A DNA stretch of 37,513 nt. Source: a virus. Position 1 is the first letter of the stretch, and each line of letters opens with the position of its first letter. The stretch spans positions 1-37,513 of the IMG/VR virus record IMGVR_UViG_3300045988_075083; one strand, given 5' to 3'. Both the position numbers and the translations under genes were made by a program. Positions 1-7,564 of the stretch are shown in pieces. The notes beneath the pieces are model-generated. The model ran no database searches, had not been told where the DNA came from, and saw only the letters and a list, made by a program, of their open reading frames with translations.

Positions 1-99
1 GCAACTGGCGCATCAAGTTTCTGTCCAGCGGCACGTTCACGCCGTTGAAGAACATGGTAATCGATGCATTTTTGGTAGGCGGTGGCGGCGGCGCGGGAA
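1..99. repeat. Left copy of the 99-nt terminal overlap (identical to 37415-37513)
   Basis: Compared base by base: gcaactggcgcatcaagtttctgtcc...ggcggcggcgcgggaa occurs at both ends. Confidence 0.95.
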
Positions 100-602
100 G
101 CAGCTACTGCGGCGAAGGCGGCGCAGGCTACACCACCACAGTGCGCTCTGTGGTGCTGACGGCCAATACCGCCTATTCCATCGTGGTAGGCGCGGCGGGC
201 ACAAACGGCCACCCCACCTCTGCCACCACGGGCGGCGAAACGACGGCGTTCACCGCGTCGGCGGCGGGCGGCAAAAACACGTCCAACGGCACGTCGAGCA
301 GCAAGCGCCCGGGCGGCGCCGGCGGCTCGGGCGGCGCTGGCTATGTTAGCCCTGTCGCCACAACAACAGGCGGCACAGACGGCGGCGACGGCACGTCCAG
401 TGCCACCACGGGCGGCAAGGGGCAGGGCACTACCACCCGCGAATTCGGTGAAGCAGACGGCACGCTGTACGCTTCCGGTGGCGGCAGCAACCTGACCGCC
501 ACGGTTTCCAACTCCGGAAACGGCGGCAGAAACGGTATCACCTCGATTGAGCCGGCGGACGGCATTGTGGTCATCCGGCAGCACAAGGAGGTGACGGCAT
601 GA
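1..602 (+). CDS. Glycine-rich tail fibre/tail-associated protein, 3' part (5' part is 37291-37414 across the circular junction; full length 726 nt, 241 aa)
   Basis: ORF in frame with ATG 37291. Gly/Thr/Ser-rich sequence (VGGGGGAGSS...GGAGGSGGAG) in the tail-fibre neighbourhood. Confidence 0.7.
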   Translation, partial: NWRIKFLSSGTFTPLKNMVIDAFLVGGGGGAGSSYCGEGGAGYTTTVRSVVLTANTAYSIVVGAAGTNGHPTSATTGGETTAFTASAAGGKNTSNGTSSSKRPGGAGGSGGAGYVSPVATTTGGTDGGDGTSSATTGGKGQGTTTREFGEADGTLYASGGGSNLTATVSNSGNGGRNGITSIEPADGIVVIRQHKEVTA

Positions 603-835
603 GATATGCAATCGTGACAAGCGGCGCGGTGACCAACGTCATCGCCCTGCGGGAGACCAACGCAGGGGATTTCCCCGGTGCAGTAGCGCTCCATGACCGC
701 CCGGTGGGCATCGGGGACACGTACAGCGAAAGTAAGTTCTGGCGGGATGGCAAAGAGGTGCTGACCGCCCAGGAAGAAATTGAGCAGTACAAGGCGGCTT
801 TGCAGACGCTGGGGGTGGTGACGGATGAGGACTGA
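599..835 (+). CDS. Small tail-region hypothetical protein (78 aa)
   Basis: ATGA start/stop overlap with the upstream gene; G/C-rich third codon positions. Confidence 0.65.
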   Translation: MRYAIVTSGAVTNVIALRETNAGDFPGAVALHDRPVGIGDTYSESKFWRDGKEVLTAQEEIEQYKAALQTLGVVTDED

Positions 836-1232
836 CATCATGGCGCAGGCCCAGGCCATTCGGGCCAGTATGGATGCCGCAGCGGTGGTGCTGACGGACG
901 CACAGGCGGCGGCAGCGCCGCTGCTCTACCGCCCGTGGGACGGCGAGGGGGCGGCCTATGCTGCGGGAGACCGGCGGCTGTATGGGGGATGTGTCTACAG
1001 GTGCCTACAGGCCCACACATCGCAGTCAGGCTGGAACCCGGCGGACGCGCCCAGCCTGTGGGCACAGGTGCTGATCCCCGACCCCGCCGTCATCCCCGCG
1101 TGGCAGCAGCCAGACAGCACCAACCCCTACATGACAGGCGACAAGGTGACACACGGCGGCAAGACATGGCGCAGCACCTGTGACAACAACGTGTGGGAGC
1201 CGGGTGTATATGGATGGGAGGAGGTCACATGA
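825..1232 (+). CDS. Tail-associated protein with two carbohydrate-binding (CBM5/12, chitin-binding-like) repeats
   Basis: Motifs YAAGDRRLYGGCVYRCLQAHTSQSGWNPADAPSLW and YMTGDKVTHGGKTWRSTCDNNVWEPGVYGW fit the CBM5/12 pattern Y-x-x-G-D...W-x-P...W. Alternative start ATG 840. Confidence 0.75.
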   Translation: MRTDIMAQAQAIRASMDAAAVVLTDAQAAAAPLLYRPWDGEGAAYAAGDRRLYGGCVYRCLQAHTSQSGWNPADAPSLWAQVLIPDPAVIPAWQQPDSTNPYMTGDKVTHGGKTWRSTCDNNVWEPGVYGWEEVT

Positions 1233-1348
1233 CGGAAGCCATTATCGTGGCGGTGCTGGGGCTGGTAGGGACGCTCTACAAGTGCCTGCAAGATACGGCC
1301 TACAGTCCGGTAGAGTACGCGGCGGCATGGGAGGTGCAAAATGCTTGA
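1229..1348 (+). CDS. Small (39 aa) putative membrane peptide MTEAIIVAVLGLVGTLYKCLQDTAYSPVEYAAAWEVQNA
   Basis: Below the ORF-track cutoff. ATGA overlap with the upstream stop, and its own stop overlaps the next ATG (1341). One hydrophobic helix. Confidence 0.4.
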   Translation: MTEAIIVAVLGLVGTLYKCLQDTAYSPVEYAAAWEVQNA

Positions 1349-1676
1349 GATCAACGGAAGCGACATCTATCTGACGAAGGGCGACACGGCGCATCTGGGT
1401 GTTGACATTACCAACGATGCCAGCGGCGACGCCTATGAAATGCAGCCGGATGACACGCTGATCCTGACGGTACGGAAGCAGGCCTATGAAGCGTCTCCGG
1501 TGCTGCTGCAAAAGACCGTCAAGGGCAGCGCGGATATCTATCTGGCACCGGAGGATACCGCCTCGCTGGCACCCGGCTCCTACAAATACGACGTGGAGCT
1601 GCGGACGGGCGCGGATGTCTACACCGTCATCCAGTGCAGCGAGTTCCGTCTGTTGGTGGAGGTGACGACACCATGA
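1341..1676 (+). CDS. Tail fibre-region hypothetical protein (111 aa, beta-rich)
   Basis: Translationally coupled on both sides; good codon bias. Confidence 0.7.
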   Translation: MLEINGSDIYLTKGDTAHLGVDITNDASGDAYEMQPDDTLILTVRKQAYEASPVLLQKTVKGSADIYLAPEDTASLAPGSYKYDVELRTGADVYTVIQCSEFRLLVEVTTP

Positions 1677-2395
1677 GTGAGCAGTGCGGGAAGCTGCGGG
1701 GCACGATTCAGGCCACCGGGGCACTTGCGGGCAGCATGTCCGGCAAGGGGGCTCTGGCCGGGGCTGTGGCGATCCCACAGGTGGTGGGCGGCGCGGGCAG
1801 CTGGGACACACTCCCGGGAAAGCCTTTTGACACCATCGGAGCGGGGCTGAACGTCGTAGGCCGCGCGTTGGAGGTGGACACCACCAACGCGGTAGGGGTG
1901 TTCTACATTGACCTTGAGGGCAACTACCCCAATTATACCTGCCCGGTGGCGATGGCAGACATCGAGGCCGCATATGCAGCGGGGAAGGTGCTGGAATGCC
2001 GGTGCGCGATGGGACAGTACATCGTAACGCTGCCGCTATTTCTGCCGATGCAGGGCTTCGCCACATGGATATTCTCCGGTGTCGGTGCGCTGAAAGCAGC
2101 ACCGTTGGATTTCGATGCGCAGTCGCTGACTATCGCCGTTACCAGTGCTGGCGTGCTGGCCAGCAACACGAGGCTGGCAACGATGGAGGATAAGCTGCCG
2201 AACCCCAACGCGCTGACCATCAAGATTGGCAGCACTACCGTGGGCTATAACGGCGACAACAGTGAGACTGTGGAGATCGCGGACGGTAGTCTGCTTCCCG
2301 CCGTAACAGCTGCTGACAATGGCAAATTTCTGCGTGTTGTTAATGGCGTATGGGCAGCGGCTACAGTTGATAATGCGAATGGGGTGAGTTTCTGA
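1673..2395 (+). CDS. Tail fibre protein (proximal part)
   Basis: Start ATG 1673 (ATGA overlap) preferred over the track start at 1634. N-terminal G/A-rich region (GALAGSMSGKGALAGAVAIP) and position directly upstream of the distal fibre gene. Confidence 0.7.
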   Translation: MSEQCGKLRGTIQATGALAGSMSGKGALAGAVAIPQVVGGAGSWDTLPGKPFDTIGAGLNVVGRALEVDTTNAVGVFYIDLEGNYPNYTCPVAMADIEAAYAAGKVLECRCAMGQYIVTLPLFLPMQGFATWIFSGVGALKAAPLDFDAQSLTIAVTSAGVLASNTRLATMEDKLPNPNALTIKIGSTTVGYNGDNSETVEIADGSLLPAVTAADNGKFLRVVNGVWAAATVDNANGVSF

Positions 2396-3045
2396 TGGCA
2401 ATTGAATATTTAACAAACGATACTGACCTCAAGGCTGTCGCAGATGCTATTAGAGCTAAGACAAGTAGTACTGATGCATTGGTATTCCCTGATGGCTTTG
2501 TGGCGTCTATAAATTCGTTAAATACCCACTCCACTACGTGGGACTTTGCGCAACGTGTGGGGATACTGACGCCCTTCAATGAGACCTACGTATTTGACCC
2601 AGTGTCTCAAACCCCATACCTTCAATATCTTCCAACAGATGACATGCGATGGGTAAATGGCTACCTGAACCGGTCTTCTGGCACTACCAAGCGCCCCACC
2701 GTGTTCGCCGAGAGTACCTGGGCTCCGTCTGTAACTGATGTTACAGAGGCTGGATTTATCCTAAATACCGTTCGGACAGGTTCAGGGATTCTCGTTCCGT
2801 ATTTTATCGCCAAAGGGCAAACCATCCACGTCGCATACACTCACAGCACGACGGACTATGGAGGCTATATTTGGTGCGATAAAAACGGGAAATTCATCGA
2901 CGTTGAGTTTATCGATGGGCTTGGCGCCGGAACGTCCACGTGGAACTACACGGCACCTACAGATGGGTGGATCTACATCATTTTCATGTGCTACGATGAA
3001 AATGCCTCCGCACAATATTCTGACATTTCTGTGACAATTGAGTAG
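2395..3045 (+). CDS. Distal tail fibre / receptor-binding protein, low-GC cassette
   Basis: TGATG coupling to the upstream gene. N-terminus LKAVADAIRAKTSSTDALVFPDGFV is typical of fibre adaptor segments. 2395-2454 has 23/60 G+C (38%) against 57-65% in the flanks. Confidence 0.7.
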   Translation: MAIEYLTNDTDLKAVADAIRAKTSSTDALVFPDGFVASINSLNTHSTTWDFAQRVGILTPFNETYVFDPVSQTPYLQYLPTDDMRWVNGYLNRSSGTTKRPTVFAESTWAPSVTDVTEAGFILNTVRTGSGILVPYFIAKGQTIHVAYTHSTTDYGGYIWCDKNGKFIDVEFIDGLGAGTSTWNYTAPTDGWIYIIFMCYDENASAQYSDISVTIE

Positions 3046-3053
3046 GAGGGCGA

Positions 3054-3152
3054 ATGGATAACACCTGTGTATGCTGCGGGGCAGTGATCCCGGAGGGGAC
3101 GCTGATCTGCTGGGCGTGTGAAAATTTAGGGCCGGAGACGGCGAAGGAGTGA
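3054..3152 (+). CDS. Small zinc-ribbon peptide (32 aa, CxxC...CxxC)
   Basis: MDNTCVCCGAVIPEGTLICWACENLGPETAKE. RBS AGGAGGG at 3044-3050. Below the ORF-track cutoff. Confidence 0.5.
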   Translation: MDNTCVCCGAVIPEGTLICWACENLGPETAKE

Positions 3153-3158
3153 TCTGAT

Positions 3159-3437
3159 ATGTACATCGACGGCGAAACCATCATTTACTGGGCAAAGCTG
3201 ATCGGCGCGGTGGCGGCCATCGGCGGGGCGGCGTGGGCGGTGGTCAAGATCATCTTGCGGGACAAGCACCAGACAGAGATCATCAAGGGCATGCAGCGGG
3301 AGCAGGAGTTGATCTGCTATGGCCTGCGGGGTGCTCTAGCGGGGCTGATCGAGCAGGGCTGCAACGGCCCGTGCAAGGACGCGCTGGAGAAGCTCAACAA
3401 GCACCTGAACCAGAAAGCCCACGAGCAGGAGGTGTGA
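3159..3437 (+). CDS. Membrane protein with N-terminal TM helix and coiled coil (possible holin-like or lysis accessory protein)
   Basis: TM segment WAKLIGAVAAIGGAAWAVVKIIL; lies immediately upstream of the lysis genes. Confidence 0.6.
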   Translation: MYIDGETIIYWAKLIGAVAAIGGAAWAVVKIILRDKHQTEIIKGMQREQELICYGLRGALAGLIEQGCNGPCKDALEKLNKHLNQKAHEQEV

Positions 3438-3438
3438 C

Positions 3439-3987
3439 ATGGGGCGCAGACTGGACTACAAGCGGCTGGAGGCGGAGTACCCCAACCGGGGCAAGCAGAC
3501 TTACCGGAAGCTGATCCCCATGACGGGGCTGCTCCAAAAGAACTACGGCAAGGAGCTGGACTGTACGCTAACCTCGCTGGCCTGCATCTACGGGGCACGG
3601 TGGTACGGCACCATTGAGCACATCGCCACCAAGCACGGCTATGGCGGCGACAGGAAGGGCACGAATCCTCTGACAGTCAAGGCTATCACCAAGGAACTTC
3701 TACGGGTGCTGCACGAGCCGGGAACGCCCCGCAGCGCCTACGGCAAGGTGGTGGGCTGGAACTGGCTGACGGCCCGCAGGCTGGCGGAACGGGGCATTCC
3801 CGCCGTGCTGAACCTGTGGGACGACGGTCGGGGCTACTACCACGACCACAGCGTGGTGCTGGTGGGCGTGGAGGAGTACCAGCGGGCAAAGTTCCTGCTG
3901 GTGCTGGACAATTGGAGCGAGACGGTGAGCTTGATCGACTACAACAAGCTCTGCGTCGCCTCGAGCCTGAACTGGGTGGAGCCATGA
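3439..3987 (+). CDS. Papain-fold (C39-like) cysteine peptidase domain protein
   Basis: Candidate catalytic Cys in ELDCTLTSLACIYG. Candidate His/Asp-Asn in GYYHDHSVVLVGVEEYQRAKFLLVLDNW. Embedded in the lysis cassette. Confidence 0.55.
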   Translation: MGRRLDYKRLEAEYPNRGKQTYRKLIPMTGLLQKNYGKELDCTLTSLACIYGARWYGTIEHIATKHGYGGDRKGTNPLTVKAITKELLRVLHEPGTPRSAYGKVVGWNWLTARRLAERGIPAVLNLWDDGRGYYHDHSVVLVGVEEYQRAKFLLVLDNWSETVSLIDYNKLCVASSLNWVEP

Positions 3988-4211
3988 GCGGCAAGCGGGT
4001 GGCGAAAAAGCCCAAGATGAAGCGAAGAACAAAGTTCACGATTCTGGCGGTGGTCAACCTGACGTGGTACTGCATCGCCGTGATCGTTGCGGCGTTCTTC
4101 GATAAGATGGTGCCGGACGCGCTGACGGTGGCGTGGTTTTCGGCGTGGACAGTTGAATTGGCCCTGCTGGCAGGGATCAAAATCAAAACGAAAGATGAGG
4201 TAATGTCATGA
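3984..4211 (+). CDS. Putative holin, two TM helices (75 aa)
   Basis: Start ATG 3984 (ATGA overlap). Basic N-terminus KRVAKKPKMKRRTK followed by two hydrophobic helices. Confidence 0.65.
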   Translation: MSGKRVAKKPKMKRRTKFTILAVVNLTWYCIAVIVAAFFDKMVPDALTVAWFSAWTVELALLAGIKIKTKDEVMS

Positions 4212-4573
4212 ATAATCTGAGCTGGGTTGAAATCGTAGTAAGCATTTTGAGCGGTCTGGCCGTGTGCATTCCGCTGGTGGTCAAGCTGGTGCAGACCGTC
4301 AAGGCGGCTGTGCAGGAGAAGAACTGGTCTCAGATCGTGGCCATCGTGCTGGATCTGATGCAGCAGGCGGAGGGCCTGTTTGCCGAAGGAGCGGCCCGCA
4401 AGGCGTGGGTCATGGCGGGCGTGCAGAGCGCCGCCAAGAGCGCCAATTTCCCCTATGACGATGTAGCGGCACAGAAGGTCAGCGAGATGATCGACGCTAT
4501 CTGCGCTGCGGCGAAGGTGGTCAACGGCGAGGGGAAAGCGGATGCAGAGGGAAAAACGGATGCAGCTGATTGA
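4208..4573 (+). CDS. Holin-like protein resembling the LL-H holin family (N-terminal TM, helical C-terminal domain)
   Basis: ATGA overlap. TM segment WVEIVVSILSGLAVCIPLVV, then a helical domain. Directly upstream of the endolysin. Confidence 0.6.
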   Translation: MNNLSWVEIVVSILSGLAVCIPLVVKLVQTVKAAVQEKNWSQIVAIVLDLMQQAEGLFAEGAARKAWVMAGVQSAAKSANFPYDDVAAQKVSEMIDAICAAAKVVNGEGKADAEGKTDAAD

Positions 4574-5435
4574 GAACTTTCTAACGCTGAACCCCTGCTA
4601 TCATGCCAACATGGCCAACGCCGACGACCGGTACACCACGTTCCAGCGGCGCGGCCCTCAAGGGCTGGTACTGCACTCTGTAGGCTGCGCCCAGCCGTCG
4701 GCGCAGGTGTTCACCAAGAAGTGGAACAGCCCCAGCTATGACCGGGCCTGCGTCCACGCGTTCATTGATGCCAACTCCGGCGCGGTGTATCAGTGCCTGC
4801 CGTGGAACTTCCGGGCATGGCATGTAGGCGGCTCCGCCAACAACACCCACGTAGGCGTAGAGATGTGCGAGCCGTCCGCCATCAAGTACACCACCGGGGC
4901 CAAGTTCACCATTACAGACAAGGACAAGGCGTTCAAGCAGTGCGAGACGGCTTATAAGGCCGCCGTGGAGCTATTTGCCATGCTGTGCAAGAAGTATAGC
5001 CTTGACCCGCTGGAGGACGGCGTGATCCTGTCTCATTATGAGTGCGGCAAGCGGGGCATCGGCTCCGGGCACGTCGATCCGGAACACCTGTGGACGGGGC
5101 TGGGCGTCGGCTACACAATGGACGGCTTCCGGCAGGATGTGAAGAGAGCCATGAGCGGCGTTACGGTTGTGCCCACCACACAGCCCGCCGCGCCGGTGGT
5201 CGAAAAGACCGTCACCGTCAAGGTTCGGCAGCTGTCCCGAGGCATGGAGGGCAACGACGTGAAAACCCTGCAAGCGGCGCTGATCGCCAACGGCTTCAGC
5301 TGCGGCAGCGCCGGTACCGACGGCGACTTCGGCGCAGGCACGGAGGCGGCGCTGAAGAAGTTCCAGACCAAATATTCTCTGGGCGCTGACGGTATCGCCG
5401 GTAACGGCACGTGGGGTAAGCTGCTGGGGAAGTAG
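4542..5435 (+). CDS. Endolysin: N-acetylmuramoyl-L-alanine amidase (Amidase_2/PGRP type) with C-terminal PG_binding_1 domain
   Basis: Motifs VLHSVGC, RACVHAFID, WHVGG...NTHVGVEMCEP. C-terminal GNDVKTLQAALIANGF...DGDFGAGTEAALKKFQ...DGIAGNGTW. Alternative start ATG 4560. Confidence 0.9.
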   Translation: MQREKRMQLIENFLTLNPCYHANMANADDRYTTFQRRGPQGLVLHSVGCAQPSAQVFTKKWNSPSYDRACVHAFIDANSGAVYQCLPWNFRAWHVGGSANNTHVGVEMCEPSAIKYTTGAKFTITDKDKAFKQCETAYKAAVELFAMLCKKYSLDPLEDGVILSHYECGKRGIGSGHVDPEHLWTGLGVGYTMDGFRQDVKRAMSGVTVVPTTQPAAPVVEKTVTVKVRQLSRGMEGNDVKTLQAALIANGFSCGSAGTDGDFGAGTEAALKKFQTKYSLGADGIAGNGTWGKLLGK

Positions 5436-5451
5436 TGCCCAAGTCGGGCAC
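5435..5451 (+). other. Small hairpin GTGCCC-AAGTC-GGGCAC abutting the endolysin stop codon; member of a 3-copy motif family
   Basis: 6-bp perfect stem. 15/17 identical to the first 17 nt of the motif at 9879-9899 and 23687-23707. Confidence 0.5.
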
Positions 5452-5533
5452 AAATCTGAGCGAGGCGTGAGGCTACGATCCGCCGCCCTCCGTCTCCGCG
5501 AAAGCTCCGCAAGCTCACGGCGTGGGAATCGCT

Positions 5534-5773
5534 ATGAATCCGACACATCGAGCTATCCGCGCGAAACTACAGTCTATGGCGCCCCAGCGGGCGGTGAGTT
5601 TCGTCACCGGGCTGGAGCTGCCGGGGGACGAGGCGTTCTGTATCATCGAGTGCGACGTGCGGGGGAAGTCCCGCCAGCAGGTGGCCGACCGGCTTTTCGC
5701 GTCGCAGGAATACGTGAAGAAGTGCAGGCGCAGAGGCTACCGCAAGATCGCGGACGCCGTTAATAACAAGTGA
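5534..5773 (+). CDS. Small DNA-binding protein with sigma-70 region-4-like HTH
   Basis: EAFCIIECDVRGKSRQQVADRLFASQEYVKKCRRRGYRKIA resembles a region-4 HTH. Weak RBS; alternative GTG start at 5522. Confidence 0.55.
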   Translation: MNPTHRAIRAKLQSMAPQRAVSFVTGLELPGDEAFCIIECDVRGKSRQQVADRLFASQEYVKKCRRRGYRKIADAVNNK

Positions 5774-5776
5774 AAG

Positions 5777-5828
5777 AAAGACCCAACGGGGACCCTTTTC
5801 AGGCCCTTTGTTGGGTCTTTTTTGTTTT
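5777..5828 (+). terminator. Rho-independent terminator
   Basis: Stem aaagacccaac (5777-5787) pairs with gttgggtcttt (5810-5820), followed by a T-run. Confidence 0.75.
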
Positions 5829-5857
5829 ATGATTTTATCAACAAGGAGGTGCGGACG

Positions 5858-6238
5858 ATGGAATATTTCAATCCCTATCAGCCGATGGGCTACAGAGGCC
5901 CCTACGGATACCCGTCTGGCGACCCTCAGAGCGCCGCAGGAGGCCCGCAGGCGTTCATGGGGCAAGTTACCCGGGTCAACGGCAAGGGCGGCGCAGAGGC
6001 GTTCAGGATGGCCGCCAACAGCTCCATCCTGCTGATGGACGAGCATGACCCCATTGTGTGGCTCAAGACAACAGACGGGGCGGGGTACGCCACGGTGACG
6101 CCGTATTCGGTTGCCCCGTATCAGCCCGCGCCGGTGGTGGACGTCAACAGCCTGGAAGATCGCGTGAAGAGATTGGAGGAGATGCTCAGTGGCAAACCCG
6201 ATGATGCAGATGTTAAGCGGAAGAGCAAAGCCGAATAA
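5858..6238 (+). CDS. Accessory-locus protein A: Pro/Tyr/Gly-rich N-terminus, beta-rich core, C-terminal coiled coil (126 aa)
   Basis: RBS AAGGAGGTG at 5843-5851, ATG 5858. MEYFNPYQPMGYRGPYGYPSGDP..., core FRMAANSSILLMDEHDPIVWLKTTDGAGYATVTPY. Confidence 0.7.
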   Translation: MEYFNPYQPMGYRGPYGYPSGDPQSAAGGPQAFMGQVTRVNGKGGAEAFRMAANSSILLMDEHDPIVWLKTTDGAGYATVTPYSVAPYQPAPVVDVNSLEDRVKRLEEMLSGKPDDADVKRKSKAE

Positions 6239-6401
6239 TCCGCTGGCGATGGTGGCGGAGTTCCGGAAGTTCGCGGCGGGCATGACGCCGCAGAAAGCGG
6301 AGGCGGAGATCAACCGTTTGCTTTCCTCCGGGCAAATGAGCAAAGAGCAGTTTGCAAGCTTGCAGGAGCAAGCAAAGATGTTTGCGCAATTCTTGAGATA
6401 A
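6189..6401 (+). CDS. Accessory-locus protein B: small helical protein (70 aa)
   Basis: GTG 6189 lies 7 nt downstream of GGAGGAG. Overlaps the 3' end of gene A by 50 nt in another frame. MANPMMQML...FRKFAAGMTPQKAEAEINRLLSSGQMSKEQF. Confidence 0.55.
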   Translation: MANPMMQMLSGRAKPNNPLAMVAEFRKFAAGMTPQKAEAEINRLLSSGQMSKEQFASLQEQAKMFAQFLR

Positions 6402-6452
6402 ACCGGGTCGACACGGATTATCATATAATTTTTGATGGAAGGAGCAACACAC

Positions 6453-7058
6453 ATGGGCGAAAATACGAGCCTGTCCGATATCGCCGCCGTCACTCGCGGC
6501 ACGGACAATGAAGGCTGGGGTTCCGGCTGGTTCCTGATCGTCGTACTGTTTCTCTTCATGTTCGGCTTCGGCAGCAACGGCTGGAACCGGCAGGGAGAGT
6601 TCGGCCAGTACGCCACGGCAGCCAGCCAGCAGGAGATCCTTTTCGGCCAGCAGTTCGGCCAGATCAACGACCGCTTGACCAATATTGGCAACGGCATCTG
6701 TAACCTCGGCTACGAGATGCAGGGCAACGTCGGCCAGCTGGGCAAGGAGATGGCGCTGGCGCAGAACGGCACCAACATGACCATTATGCAGACCGGCAAC
6801 GGCATCCAGGCGCAGCTGGCGGAATGCTGCTGCAACACGCAGCGGGCCATCGACAGCGTCAACGCCAATCTGGAAGCCAAGTTCGCCGCACTGGAGAAGT
6901 CCCAGCTGGAGCAGCGGATCGCGGAGCAGTCCGCCCGCATCGCCAGCCTGGAGATGGACAACCGCATGTTCGGCGTCGTCCGTTATCCCAACGGCTACAC
7001 CTACAACGCGGGCATGTCCCCCTTCTGCGCAAGCGGCTGTGGCTGCGGCAACGTGTAA
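6453..7058 (+). CDS. Accessory-locus protein C: single-pass membrane, Q/N/G-rich coiled-coil, cysteine-rich protein (201 aa)
   Basis: RBS GGAAGGAG at 6437-6444, ATG 6453. TM segment WFLIVVLFLFMFGFG. Cys clusters ECCCNTQ and FCASGCGCGNV at the C-terminus. Confidence 0.75.
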   Translation: MGENTSLSDIAAVTRGTDNEGWGSGWFLIVVLFLFMFGFGSNGWNRQGEFGQYATAASQQEILFGQQFGQINDRLTNIGNGICNLGYEMQGNVGQLGKEMALAQNGTNMTIMQTGNGIQAQLAECCCNTQRAIDSVNANLEAKFAALEKSQLEQRIAEQSARIASLEMDNRMFGVVRYPNGYTYNAGMSPFCASGCGCGNV

Positions 7059-7083
7059 GGTTGTTGCAAAATTTGCAACAACC
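7059..7083 (+). other. Perfect 11-bp-arm inverted repeat ggttgttgcaa-aat-ttgcaacaacc immediately after the gene C stop
   Basis: Read directly; could be an RNA hairpin or a protein-binding palindrome. Confidence 0.6.
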
Positions 7084-7108
7084 AGTACGCCCTTTCAGGC
7101 GAGGCAAG

Positions 7109-7139
7109 CGGGGCGGCAATAGCTGCCCCGTATTATTTT
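7109..7139 (+). terminator. Rho-independent terminator between accessory genes C and D
   Basis: Stem cggggcggc / gctgccccg (one mismatch), loop aata, then tattatttt. Confidence 0.6.
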
Positions 7140-7154
7140 GAGGAGGGAATTATC

Positions 7155-7556
7155 ATGAGCAAATCTGCTATCTATACCACGAATACCAGCAAGCCCACCA
7201 TCGCCGTAGGCGGCATCGTACCAGTCGGCGTGACCACGCGCCGGTTCGGCTGCAACATCAAGCAGGACGGCAACACCATCACCCTGTGCGGCCAGGGCTA
7301 CTATTTGGTCAACGTCAGCGCCTCCGTAGCGCCCACCGTGGCAGGCCCTGTCTCTCTGGCTGCCCAAAAGGACGGTGTGGAGATCCTCGGCGCGACCGCG
7401 ACCGAGACCGCTGCCGCCGCCAATGATGCGCTGAATCTTGCCATCACGGCGCTCATCCGCAACGCCTGCGGCTGCGAGAGCAGCATCTTGTCCTTGATTC
7501 TGAGCGGCACCGAGGCTGTTGTAGAGAATCTGGCCGTCACGGTCGAGAAACTGTGA
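7155..7556 (+). CDS. Accessory-locus protein D: BclA C-terminal-domain-like (C1q/TNF-like jelly roll) protein (133 aa)
   Basis: RBS AGGAGGG at 7141-7147. Pattern TITLCGQGYYLVNVSASVAPTVAGPVSLAAQKDGVEILGA...LNLAITALIRNACGC...VTVEKL resembles BclA-CTD-like small proteins. By-eye call only. Confidence 0.65.
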   Translation: MSKSAIYTTNTSKPTIAVGGIVPVGVTTRRFGCNIKQDGNTITLCGQGYYLVNVSASVAPTVAGPVSLAAQKDGVEILGATATETAAAANDALNLAITALIRNACGCESSILSLILSGTEAVVENLAVTVEKL

Positions 7557-7564
7557 GGTGCGGC

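Noticed and set aside
341-859. 172-aa minus-strand ORF (and 571-792) opposite the glycine-rich tail gene
   Set aside because: It is the Pro/Ser/Val-rich antisense shadow of a Gly-rich coding region and has no RBS.
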